A DNA stretch of 64,000 nt from an uncultured Collinsella sp. (GTDB lineage Bacteria; Actinomycetota; Coriobacteriia; Coriobacteriales; Coriobacteriaceae): NCBI GenBank assembly GCA_934667065.1, contig CAKULD010000001.1:145105-209104 (forward strand). Direction: 5' to 3'. The position numbers and the translations under genes were made by a program. Every line of letters starts with the position of its first letter. Position 1 is the stretch's first letter. This document shows positions 17,507-26,516 of the stretch, in pieces. The notes beneath the pieces were generated by a model. It saw only the letters and a list, made by a program, of their open reading frames with translations, was not told where the DNA came from and made no database searches.

Positions 17507-18685
17507 ATGAACGTTCTGGTCGTCAACGCAGGATCTTCGACCCTTAAGTATCAGGTCATCGATACCAAGTCCCACAAGGTGTCCGCAAAGGGCTCCTGCG
17601 AGCGCGTCTGCTTTACCGGCGGCACCTTCACCCACGCTGCCAACGGCTCCAAGAAGGTGACCGAGAACATCGAGTTCCCCGACCACAAGGTCGCCATTGA
17701 GGTCGTCCTGAAGGACCTCGAGGCCAACGGCGTCAAGATCGAGGGCATCGGCCACCGCATCGTTCAGGGCGGTTGGTACTTTGGCGATTCCTCCCTCGTC
17801 GACGAGGACGTTCTTGCCAAGATCCGCGAGGTCGCCCCGCTCGCCCCGCTGCACAACAACCCCGAGGCCAACGTTATCGAGTTCTGCCTGGAGCAGTATC
17901 CCGACCTGCCCAACGTCACGGTCTACGACACCGCTTTCCACTTCAACATGCCCGAGGTCGCCAAGACCTACGCCCTGCCCAAGGACGTCTGCGACAAACT
18001 GCACATCCGTAAGTACGGCGCCCACGGCACCAGCTACCGCTACATCTCCAAGAAGGTTGCCGAGATGACCAACGGCGAGGCCCGCAAGGTCGTCGTGTGC
18101 CACATCGGTTCCGGCGCCTCTCTATGCGCCATCGAGGACGGCAAGTGCATGGACACCACCATGGGCCTTACCCCGCTCGACGGCGTCATGATGGGCACCC
18201 GTTGCGGCTCCATCGACCCGGCTACCGTGTGCTACCTGCAGCGCGAGGGTGGCTACACCTTCGACGAGGTTGACGAGATGATGAACAAGAAGTCTGGCCT
18301 CATGGCTGTGACCGGCGGCAAGACCAACGACTGCCGCAACGTCGAGGAGCTCGCCGCCGCTGGCGACCCCGAGGCTCAGCTCGCCTTCGACATGTTCGTC
18401 TACAAGATTGCCGCCAAGGCCGCCGAGATGGCCACCTCCATGTGCGGCATGGACACGCTCGTCTTTACCGCCGGCATCGGCGAGCACGCTCCGGCTGTTC
18501 GCGCCGGCGTGGCCGACCGTCTGGCCTTTATGGGTGTCAAGATGGATCACGCCCGCAACGCCCTGCGTGGCGACGGCGCTTGGTGCCTGTCCGCCAAGGA
18601 TTCCAAGGTCAAGATCTTCGTCATCCCCACGGACGAGGAGTTTATGATCGCTTCCGACGTCGAACGCATCGTCAACGGCAAGTAA
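17507..18685 (+). CDS. ackA: Acetate kinase, copy 1
   Basis: 392 aa, with the motifs MNVLVVNAGSSTLKYQ, GHRIVQGG and KYGAHGTS. Confidence 0.95.
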   Translation: MNVLVVNAGSSTLKYQVIDTKSHKVSAKGSCERVCFTGGTFTHAANGSKKVTENIEFPDHKVAIEVVLKDLEANGVKIEGIGHRIVQGGWYFGDSSLVDEDVLAKIREVAPLAPLHNNPEANVIEFCLEQYPDLPNVTVYDTAFHFNMPEVAKTYALPKDVCDKLHIRKYGAHGTSYRYISKKVAEMTNGEARKVVVCHIGSGASLCAIEDGKCMDTTMGLTPLDGVMMGTRCGSIDPATVCYLQREGGYTFDEVDEMMNKKSGLMAVTGGKTNDCRNVEELAAAGDPEAQLAFDMFVYKIAAKAAEMATSMCGMDTLVFTAGIGEHAPAVRAGVADRLAFMGVKMDHARNALRGDGAWCLSAKDSKVKIFVIPTDEEFMIASDVERIVNGK

Positions 18686-18849
18686 TTGATGCAAGGGGAG
18701 GGGACTGGATGGCCTTGTGCCGTTCAGCCCCCTTTTATGCGCTTTGGGCGAAGAGTTTAATAGATATTTATTGAATTCTGATAACTTCTTATTAAGGATA
18801 CGGCCGCCTTATGGGTTTGCCGACCGTACTGTAATCACGAAGGAGTCTC

Positions 18850-20028
18850 ATGAACGTACTTGTTGTCAACGCCGGTAGCTCAAGCCTTAAATATCAGCTT
18901 TTGGATACCGATACCCGCGAGGTTTTCGCTAAGGGCAACTGCGAACGTATCGGTTCGGACATGGGCATCTTTGGCCACTCCGAGAACGGCGGCGCCAAGC
19001 AGACCGAGGAGATTCCCTTCCCCGACCATCGCTCTGCCATTGCGCGCGTGCTCGAGGAGCTCGAGAAGACCGACTTTACGATCGATGGCATCGGCCACCG
19101 TATCGTTCAGGGCGGCTGGTACTTCGATGATTCCGCGGTCGTCGACGATGAGGTCATGGCCAAGATCCTTGAGGTGGCGCCGCTTGCCCCGCTGCACAAC
19201 TACGGCGAGGCCGCAGCAATTGAGTATTGCCGCGAGAAGTATCCGGAGCTGCCCAACGTGGCTGTTTTCGATACGTCGTTCCACATGACCATGCCCGAGG
19301 TCGCCTACACCTATGCGCTGCCCAAGGACGTGTGCGACAAGTACCACGTGCGCAAGTACGGCGCCCACGGCACGAGCCACCGTTACGAGTGGATGATGGC
19401 CAAGGAGATCCTGGGCACGCGCTGCCACCGTCTGCTGTCGTGCCACCTGGGCAACGGCGCCTCGCTCGCCGCTATCGAGGACGGCGTATGCCGCGATACC
19501 ACGATGGGCCTCACGCCGCTCGACGGCCTGATGATGGGTACCCGTTGCGGTTCCATCGACCCGGCCACCGTGTGCTACCTGCAGCGCGAGGGCGGCTACA
19601 GCTACCAGGAAGTCGACGACATGATGAACAAGCAGTCCGGTCTGCTTGCCATCTCGGGTATCTCCAACGACGCCCGCGACATCCGCACCCGCGCCTCCGA
19701 GGGTGACGAGCGCTGCCTGCTCGCCTTCGACATGTTCGCCTACAAGGCCATGCAGCAGGCAGGTTCCATGATTGCCTCCATGGCTGGCGTGGACACCATC
19801 ACCTTTACCGCCGGCATCGGCGAGAACGACTGGTCGATCCGCAAGGCCTTCTGCGACTGCTTTGAGTGGCTGGGCGTGCGCATCGACAACAACAAGAACC
19901 GCGAGGCCGTGGGCAACGGCCCGCAGGTCATCAGTGCCGCCGGCTCCACCGTCACGGTCATGGTCATCCCCACCGACGAGGAATACATGATCGCCCACGA
20001 CGTCGAGCGTCTGACCGCGAATAACTAG
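18850..20028 (+). CDS. ackA: Acetate (or related short-chain acyl) kinase, copy 2
   Basis: 392 aa. It aligns without gaps to copy 1 (roughly 60% identical by eye) and has its own AT-rich upstream region and an AGGAG SD. Confidence 0.9.
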   Translation: MNVLVVNAGSSSLKYQLLDTDTREVFAKGNCERIGSDMGIFGHSENGGAKQTEEIPFPDHRSAIARVLEELEKTDFTIDGIGHRIVQGGWYFDDSAVVDDEVMAKILEVAPLAPLHNYGEAAAIEYCREKYPELPNVAVFDTSFHMTMPEVAYTYALPKDVCDKYHVRKYGAHGTSHRYEWMMAKEILGTRCHRLLSCHLGNGASLAAIEDGVCRDTTMGLTPLDGLMMGTRCGSIDPATVCYLQREGGYSYQEVDDMMNKQSGLLAISGISNDARDIRTRASEGDERCLLAFDMFAYKAMQQAGSMIASMAGVDTITFTAGIGENDWSIRKAFCDCFEWLGVRIDNNKNREAVGNGPQVISAAGSTVTVMVIPTDEEYMIAHDVERLTANN

Positions 20029-20052
20029 TGCGTTCGCTTGCGATTGAACGAA

Positions 20053-20085
20053 AGGCCTCCAGAGCAACAGCTCCGGAGGCCTTTT
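20053..20085 (+). terminator. Intrinsic terminator after ackA copy 2
   Basis: GGCCTCCAGAGC-AACA-GCTCCGGAGGCC followed by TTTTT. Confidence 0.8.
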
Positions 20086-20234
20086 TACTAGCAGGCGGAA
20101 ATGCCAGTCCCAAAGTGACCATCACCAGTAACGCCTGCGCTCTCAACAACGGCACCCAGCCATTCAGATTCTCAGCCCAAGCTCGTAGCCAAGCCGCCGT
20201 CCACCCCAGATTCCCTGAGCACCACGTAGCGGCA

Positions 20235-20359
20235 GGGTCCCTACGGTGTAAACCTCTGAAAACAATCCGCAAGGCGCGAGAAGCCCCGCCGCACGTAGTG
20301 CGCAGCGGGGCTTCTCGCATGCCTGAGGACGTTTTCAGAGCTTTACACCGTAGGGACCC
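20235..20359. repeat. Nested 125-nt palindrome downstream of pta
   Basis: Outer 29-nt arms at 20235-20263 and 20331-20359 (1 mismatch). Inner perfect 14-bp arms at 20276-20289 and 20305-20318. The apical hairpin is CGCAC-GTA-GTGCG. Confidence 0.85.
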
Positions 20360-20374
20360 GAGGGGATACGTCCG

Positions 20375-21355
20375 CTACTCAGCCATCTGAGCCTGGACGG
20401 CGGTGATGGCCACGACACCCACGATGTCGTCGGCAGAGCAGCCGCGCGAAAGGTCGTTGACCGGCTTGGCGATGCCCTGCAGGATGGGGCCGTAGGCGTC
20501 GGCGCCGGCGAAGCGCTGGACGAGCTTGTAGCCGATGTTGCCGGCCTCGAGGTCGGGGAACACGAGCACGTTGGCCTTGCCGGCGACGGAGGAGCCGGGA
20601 GCCTTGAGCTGGGCGACGGTGGGGACGATAGCGGCGTCGAGCTGCAGGTCACCGTCGATGGCGAGCTCGGGAGCCTTCTCCTTGCAGAACTTCACAGCCT
20701 CTTGGACCTTCTTGGCGACCTCGCCGCCGGCGGAGCCCATGGTGGAGTAGGAGAGCATAGCCACGTGCGGCTCGACATTGCCCATGAAAGTGGACCAGGA
20801 GTGAGCCGAGGCGATGGCGATCTCGGAGAGCTCGTCAGAGGACGGGTTGATGTTGAGGCCGCAGTCGGCGAAGATCAGCGTGCCGTCGGTGCCAAACTGC
20901 GGGGTGTCGGTGCACATCACAAAGAAGGCCGAGACCAGCTTGGTACCCGGAGCGGTCTTGAGGATCTGCAGCGCGGGGCGCAGGGTGTCGGCGGTGGAGT
21001 GGCAAGCGCCGGAGACCAGGCCGTCGGCATCGCCCATCTTGACCATCATGGTGCCAAAGTAGGTGGCATCCATCACCTGGGCGCGAGCCTGCTCGATGGT
21101 GACGCCCTTCTTAGCGCGGAGCTCGGCAAACTTCTGCGCGTACTCCTCGTGCTTCTCGGCGTTGCGCGGGTCGATGACGGTGGCACCGGGAACGTTGATG
21201 TCATCAGGATTGCCCAGGATGACGATGTTGGCCAGGCCTTCTTCGATGATCTTGTTCGCCGCGACGATGGTGCGCGGGTCCTCGCCCTCGGGCAGGACGA
21301 TGGTCTTAAGGTCGGCCTTGGCGGCAGACTTCATACGGTTTAGGAAATCGCTCAT
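20375..21355 (-). CDS. pta: Phosphate acetyltransferase (short PTA_PTB form)
   Basis: 326 aa with typical Pta blocks (IVLPEGEDPR, GLVSGA.HST..T, KPVNDLSRG). Confidence 0.95.
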   Translation of the reverse strand: MSDFLNRMKSAAKADLKTIVLPEGEDPRTIVAANKIIEEGLANIVILGNPDDINVPGATVIDPRNAEKHEEYAQKFAELRAKKGVTIEQARAQVMDATYFGTMMVKMGDADGLVSGACHSTADTLRPALQILKTAPGTKLVSAFFVMCTDTPQFGTDGTLIFADCGLNINPSSDELSEIAIASAHSWSTFMGNVEPHVAMLSYSTMGSAGGEVAKKVQEAVKFCKEKAPELAIDGDLQLDAAIVPTVAQLKAPGSSVAGKANVLVFPDLEAGNIGYKLVQRFAGADAYGPILQGIAKPVNDLSRGCSADDIVGVVAITAVQAQMAE

Positions 21356-21587
21356 GTTACTCCTTACAAGCGTTTCGCTAAGCTCCAGGCACCCGGCTGT
21401 TCACGAATAAACCCGCTGCTAGCGGGTTTACCTTTCAATTATGTTCGCCGCGGTGCTTGAGCTTTCCTTGTGTGGCAAGCTCATTATAGGACGCATTAGC
21501 GCTATAATCGCTCTGATAAATATGTCTCGACGTATGTTCGAGAAAAAGCCCAGTTAAAAAGCGTGTGGCTTTTGACAAGGAGTATCG

Positions 21588-22790
21588 ATGCAGATTACCT
21601 CAGGCCTGCCTGAAGGCTTTAATGCCGGTGCGTACGACATGATCGTTGTCGGTGCCGGGTACGCTGGTGCCGTTTGTGCCCGCCGTCTTGCCGAGACTAT
21701 CGGCTATCGCGTTGCCGTTCTGGAGCGTCGTAGCCACATTGCGGGCAATGCCTACGACTGCGCTGACGAGGCTGGAATCCTGATCCACGAGTACGGTCCG
21801 CACATTTACCACACCTTTAACGAGCGCGTGCACAATTTCCTGTCGCGCTTTACCAAGTGGACGGACTATCAGCACAAGGTGCTTGCCAACATCAACGGCA
21901 CTCTTATGCCCGTGCCCTTCAACCACGCGAGCCTCAAGCTTGCTTTTGGCGATGAGCGCGGCGAGGAGCTGTATCAGAAGCTCGTGGAGACCTTTGGCAA
22001 GGACGTCAAGGTGCCCATTATGGAGCTGCGCAAGAAGAACGACCCGGATCTTGCCGAGGTCGCCGATTACGTCTACGAGAACGTCTTTTTGCATTACACC
22101 ATGAAGCAGTGGGGTCAGACTCCCGACCAGATCGATCCCTCGATCACTGGTCGCGTTCCCGTCTTTGTGGGTGATGACGATCGCTACTTCCCGCAGGCCC
22201 CCTTCCAGGGTATGCCGCAGGACGGCTACACTGCGCTGTTCGAGCATATGCTCGATCACGACCTGATCGATGTATTCTGCGACGTGGACGCTCGCGATCT
22301 CTTTGAGATCGATGAGACCACCGTCAAGGTCGACGGTAAGGTCTATGGCGGCGAGATCGTCTACACCGGTCCGCTCGATGAGCTGTTCAACCTCGACCTG
22401 GGCGCCCTGCCGTACCGCACGCTCGATATGAAGTTCGAGACGCTCGATATGGATCAGTTCCAACCCGTGGGCACCGTCAACTACACCACGAGCGAGGACT
22501 ACACGCGCATTACCGAGTTCAAGAACATGACCGGTCAGGTCCTGCCCGGCAAGACCACCATCATGAAGGAATACTCCAAGGCCTATACGCCCGGCTCGGG
22601 CGAGACGCCGTACTACGCCATTCTTGAGCCCGAGAACCGCGAGCTCTATGAGCGCTATCTTGAGCGCGTCCAGAACCTGACGAACTTCCACCCGGTGGGT
22701 CGCTTGGCCGAGTATCGCTACTACGATATGGACGCCGTGACCAATTCTGCCCTCGATCTTTCGGATGAGATTATCGCCTGCCATGCATAA
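21588..22790 (+). CDS. glf: UDP-galactopyranose mutase
   Basis: FAD-binding N-terminus YDMIVVGAGYAGAVCA, plus GPHIYHT and a YRYYDMD C-terminus. Confidence 0.9.
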   Translation: MQITSGLPEGFNAGAYDMIVVGAGYAGAVCARRLAETIGYRVAVLERRSHIAGNAYDCADEAGILIHEYGPHIYHTFNERVHNFLSRFTKWTDYQHKVLANINGTLMPVPFNHASLKLAFGDERGEELYQKLVETFGKDVKVPIMELRKKNDPDLAEVADYVYENVFLHYTMKQWGQTPDQIDPSITGRVPVFVGDDDRYFPQAPFQGMPQDGYTALFEHMLDHDLIDVFCDVDARDLFEIDETTVKVDGKVYGGEIVYTGPLDELFNLDLGALPYRTLDMKFETLDMDQFQPVGTVNYTTSEDYTRITEFKNMTGQVLPGKTTIMKEYSKAYTPGSGETPYYAILEPENRELYERYLERVQNLTNFHPVGRLAEYRYYDMDAVTNSALDLSDEIIACHA

Positions 22791-23814
22791 AGTCATAACA
22801 TTCGGTATTCCCTCGTATAACGCCGCTAAGGACATGGACCATTGCATCACCTCCATCTTGGAGGGGAGCAATTATGCCACCGATATCGAGATTATCGTGG
22901 TGGACGACGGCTCCAAGGATGAGACGGCCGCCAAGGCCGACGAGTGGGAGGCCCGTTATCCCGGTATCATCCGCGCGGTACACCAGGAGAATGGCGGCCA
23001 CGGTATTGCCGTCCTTTCGGGTCTGCGCGAGGCGCAGGGTACGTACTACAAGGTCGTAGACTCCGACGACTGGCTCGACGGTGCAGCGCTTTCGACCATG
23101 CTGTCGATCCTGCGCGGCTTCGAGGAGCGCGATCAGCGCGTTGACCTGTTTATCTCCAACTACGTGTACGAGAAGGTCTACGAGGGTACGCATACCGCTA
23201 TTGGTTACAAGTTTGCCCTGCCGCGTAAAAAGATCTTTACCTGGGACCAGATCGGCCATTTCCGCCTGGACCAGAATCTGCTCATGCACAGCCTGTGCTA
23301 TCGCACGGATGTGCTGCGCGAGTCCAACCTTCCCATGCCGCCGCACACGTTCTATGTGGACAACATCTACGCCTACGTGCCGCTGCCGCGTTGCAAGACC
23401 ATGTACTACGCCGACATCGACCTCTATCGCTACTTTATCGGTCGCGAGGGCCAGAGTGTCAACGAGGCCACGATGGTCAAGCGTCTGGACCAGCAGTTCC
23501 GTGTTACGCGTATCATGATGGAGTCGTACCACCTGTACAGCGATGTCGAGTCGTCGCGTCTGCGTTCTTACATGATGGGCTACTTCACCATGATGATGGC
23601 GATCTGCTCGGTGCTCACCAAGCTTTCCGAGGAAGAATGCGCCGATGAGCGCCTGAAGACGCTGTGGAATGATCTGAAGGCTTACGACGAGCGCATGTAT
23701 CGTCGCGCACGTTATGGTGTGGTGGGCTTCTTTACCAATCTGCACGGACGGGCCGGAGACAAAACCACACTCGGCCTATACCGTCTTGCCTCAAAGATCT
23801 TCAAATTCAACTAG
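22783..23814 (+). CDS. Family 2 glycosyltransferase
   Basis: It has FGIPSYNAAKDMDHCI...IIVVDDGSKDET and a DSDD motif. The ATG at 22783 overlaps the glf stop. Confidence 0.85.
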   Translation: MHKVITFGIPSYNAAKDMDHCITSILEGSNYATDIEIIVVDDGSKDETAAKADEWEARYPGIIRAVHQENGGHGIAVLSGLREAQGTYYKVVDSDDWLDGAALSTMLSILRGFEERDQRVDLFISNYVYEKVYEGTHTAIGYKFALPRKKIFTWDQIGHFRLDQNLLMHSLCYRTDVLRESNLPMPPHTFYVDNIYAYVPLPRCKTMYYADIDLYRYFIGREGQSVNEATMVKRLDQQFRVTRIMMESYHLYSDVESSRLRSYMMGYFTMMMAICSVLTKLSEEECADERLKTLWNDLKAYDERMYRRARYGVVGFFTNLHGRAGDKTTLGLYRLASKIFKFN

Positions 23815-23846
23815 CTGCTGAGTAATCGCTGCTGATAGGTTGACTG

Positions 23847-23956
23847 GGCCCCTTGGCCTTTAGTTTGCTACTGCGAACAGTCCTGCTCGCACGGAAAGCA
23901 CATTAAGTGCTTTCCGGCTCGTGCGGAACTTGTATCAAACTAAAGGCCAAGGGGCC
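23847..23956 (+). repeat. Structured 3'-end element, copy A (long hairpin)
   Basis: 21-bp perfect outer stem at 23847-23867 / 23936-23956. The inner part is CGCAC-GGAAAGCAC-ATTAA-GTGCTTTCC-GGCTC(bulge)-GTGCG. Confidence 0.8.
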
Positions 23957-24049
23957 TTTGCTATAAGAATCGATTGTCAGACAGTTTGAATTTGAAGATC
24001 TTCGACGCGCGGTACACAGGGGCCTGGGCTGAAAAGAAGCTAGTTGGTA

Positions 24050-24174
24050 GGTTGCCCGGTGGGGCTTGGTTATGTTTGTCGCGAGTTCCGCACGAGCCGA
24101 AGAGCACTTAATGTGCTCTTCGTGCGAGCCAGGACTGTAGAGCAGCAAACATAACCAAGACCCGCCGGGCAACC
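24050..24174 (-). repeat. Structured 3'-end element, copy B (inverted relative to A)
   Basis: 29-nt outer arms at 24050-24078 / 24146-24174. On the minus strand the inner core reads CGCAC-GAAGAGCAC-ATTAA-GTGCTCTTC-GGCTC-GTGCG. This is the same architecture as A, with compensatory stem changes. Confidence 0.8.
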
Positions 24175-24186
24175 GGTCAGGTGAGG

Positions 24187-25188
24187 TTATTTGGCGGCGC
24201 CGGGGATGCCGTGGGAGGTTTTGGCGGTTTTGGCTCCGTTTACGATGGCGGTCTGTAGGACCCTTACAGCGAGCATGCCCAACAGGTCGAGGGGCACGGC
24301 GGCGCTTGCCTGGGTGCCCAGTTTGCCGCTGGCGAGGGTGTAGATGGTGTCGCCGTCGTTGGTGGTGTGCGTGGGGCGAATGGCGTGCGCGTAGGCGTCT
24401 GCGGCCATCTGGGAGACCTTGGTGGCCTGGGCCTTGGTGAGCTCCACGTTGGTGACGATGCAGCTGATGGTGGTGTTGGTGCGGTCGAGCGGCATTTGCA
24501 TGGAGCCAGCGGCGGCAAAGGCTGCGAGCTCCATGTCGACGATCTGGTCGCTATTGGCTGCGGTTCGCATGCCGGCGACCCACTTGCCGGTGAGGGGGTC
24601 AACGACGTTGCCGCAGGCGTTGACCGAGACCACGGCACCCACCTTGATGGGACCGAGTGCCACGGCGGCGGCGCCAAGACCGGCCTTCATGCAGGTGGCA
24701 GGTCCCATGAGCTTGCCCACCGTGGCACCGGTGCCGGCGCCTACGTTGCCCTGCTCAAGGGTGGCGGGGGTGTTATCGAGCGCCTCGCGTACGGCGGCGA
24801 TGCCGGCATCGATGTCGGGACGAACCGTGGGGTCGCCGTAGGCGAGGTCGAAGATGCAGCTGGAGCACACGATGGGCACCTGCGTGGGGCCGACGGGCAG
24901 GCCGATGCCGCGGCTCTCGAGCTCGCGGGCAACACCGCTTGCGGCCTCGAGGCCAAAGGCCGATCCGCCCGAGAGGCAGACGGCGTGAACCTTGTCGACG
25001 GTGTTCTCGGGGCGCAGCAGGTCGGTTTCGCGCGATGCCGGGGCACCGCCGCGAACGTCGACACCGCCGGTGGCGCCTTCGGCTGCCACGATTACGGTGC
25101 AACCGGTGCCGGCCTCCTCGTCCGTATAGTTGCCAAAGCAAAAGCCATCGACATCGCAAACGTCAATGGCCTCAAGCAGTGTATCCAT
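24187..25188 (-). CDS. P1/S58 (DmpA-type) family aminopeptidase
   Basis: 333 aa with the motifs GTGCTVI, GGAPASRETDLL, LSGGSAFGL and NTTISCIVTNVELTKAQ. Confidence 0.85.
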   Translation of the reverse strand: MDTLLEAIDVCDVDGFCFGNYTDEEAGTGCTVIVAAEGATGGVDVRGGAPASRETDLLRPENTVDKVHAVCLSGGSAFGLEAASGVARELESRGIGLPVGPTQVPIVCSSCIFDLAYGDPTVRPDIDAGIAAVREALDNTPATLEQGNVGAGTGATVGKLMGPATCMKAGLGAAAVALGPIKVGAVVSVNACGNVVDPLTGKWVAGMRTAANSDQIVDMELAAFAAAGSMQMPLDRTNTTISCIVTNVELTKAQATKVSQMAADAYAHAIRPTHTTNDGDTIYTLASGKLGTQASAAVPLDLLGMLAVRVLQTAIVNGAKTAKTSHGIPGAAK

Positions 25189-25289
25189 GTTTTACTCCTA
25201 TCGGTTTTCCGCCGGGCCTTATGCCCGGTCGGGATCCGTACGGTACGCCAAAATTGTAGGCGCTGGGGGATACCCAGCGCCAGATGCAA

Positions 25290-25871
25290 TTACGAGAGTT
25301 TTTGAATCGCGCGTGCGACGCGTGCGATGGGTAGACCCACCACGTTGTAGAAGTCGCCCGAAATATCGCGCACGAGCATGCGTCCGCCGACACCCTGAAT
25401 ACCGTAGGCGCCGGCCTTATCCATGGGTTCGCCCGAGTTGACGTAGCGCTCAATCTGCTCGTCAGTGAGCTCATAGAACGTCACGTTGGTCACATCGACA
25501 AAGGATAGGCTCTCGGCGGCATGCGGGGCGGCTGTGTCGCCTGCCTTAACGATGCAGACGCCGGTTGCGACCTGGTGCGTGCGGCCCGAAAGCTCACGGA
25601 GCATAGTGCGTGCTTCGTCCTCGTTTGCCGGCTTACCCAAGATCTTGCCGTCGAAGGTGACGATCGTGTCGGCGGCGACGGTCAGCTCGTTGGGCTCGGC
25701 GTGCTCGGCGGCAACGGCAGCGGCCTTAGCGCGTGCCAGGCGCTCGACAAGCGTAAGCGGCGCCTCGCCGTCAAACGGCGTTTCATCGATATCGGCAGGG
25801 ATGATGCGGATGTCATAGCCCGCCTCGCGCATAAGCTCGATGCGGCGCGGCGATTGCGAAGCCAAAATCAT
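25290..25871 (-). CDS. maf: Maf-like nucleoside triphosphate pyrophosphatase
   Basis: It starts MILASQSPRRIELM and has AGAYGIQG. Its start overlaps the stop of the upstream DJ-1 gene (ATGA). Confidence 0.9.
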   Translation of the reverse strand: MILASQSPRRIELMREAGYDIRIIPADIDETPFDGEAPLTLVERLARAKAAAVAAEHAEPNELTVAADTIVTFDGKILGKPANEDEARTMLRELSGRTHQVATGVCIVKAGDTAAPHAAESLSFVDVTNVTFYELTDEQIERYVNSGEPMDKAGAYGIQGVGGRMLVRDISGDFYNVVGLPIARVARAIQKLS

Positions 25872-26410
25872 AGCTGGATGCCCTCGGCAACCTTCTCGAC
25901 GGCCTTGTCGCCGGCGAGCGTGCGAAGCAGCTCAAGCGCAAAGGGGAGCGACTGGGCCATGCCGCTGGCGGTGATGATGTTGCCGTCCTGCGTGACCTTC
26001 TCACCGGTATAGGTGCCCTCGGGGAAGCTCTTCTCAAAGCCGGGGAAGCACGTGGCGTGGCGCCCCTCGAGCAGGTCGAGCTCGCCCAAGATAAACGGGG
26101 CGGCGCAGATGGCGGCAACGTGCTTGGTCGCGGCGAACTCGCAGACCACGTCGCAGACGCGCTGATCGGCGCGCAGATTGGTAGCGCCGGGCAGACCGCC
26201 GGGCAGCACAACGCAGTCGTACTCGTCAAAGTTGATCTCGTCAAAGAGCGCATCGCAGGTCACGGGGATCTGCAGCGAGCTCACGACCTCGCGCGTGGGC
26301 ATGATAGAGACGAGCGTGGCACGCACGCCGCCGCGACGCATGACATCGACCATGGTCAAGCATTCAATAGTTTCAAAGCCATCGGCGGCGAGAACGGCAA
26401 CGCTGGGCAT
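25868..26410 (-). CDS. DJ-1/PfpI (ThiJ) family protein
   Basis: It starts MPSVAVLAADGFE and has the nucleophile elbow AICAAP. The start at 26410 has an AAGGAA SD. The longer ORF to 26617 is low-complexity and overlaps rlmD. Confidence 0.85.
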   Translation of the reverse strand: MPSVAVLAADGFETIECLTMVDVMRRGGVRATLVSIMPTREVVSSLQIPVTCDALFDEINFDEYDCVVLPGGLPGATNLRADQRVCDVVCEFAATKHVAAICAAPFILGELDLLEGRHATCFPGFEKSFPEGTYTGEKVTQDGNIITASGMAQSLPFALELLRTLAGDKAVEKVAEGIQL

Positions 26411-26516
26411 GAGGGTTCCTTTCATAGGCGGCATACAATTAGCCGTCTTATACCCCGAACGCGCCCGCTTGCCACGCTCAATCGCCGAATGATTTTTCCG
26501 CGCAATGGTTAAGTGG

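Noticed and set aside
20028-20390. 120-aa + strand ORF spanning the ackA2-pta intergenic region.
   Set aside because: It runs through the ackA terminator and the nested palindrome, has no SD, and its amino-acid sequence simply mirrors the inverted repeats. It is not coding.
21418-21440. Hairpin TAAACCCGC-TGCTA-GCGGGTTTA in the putative pta 5' leader as an attenuator.
   Set aside because: It has no real U tract beyond the stem on either strand, and the promoter assignment (minus-strand TATAAT at comp. 21484-21489) is unverified. The evidence is too weak to call regulation.
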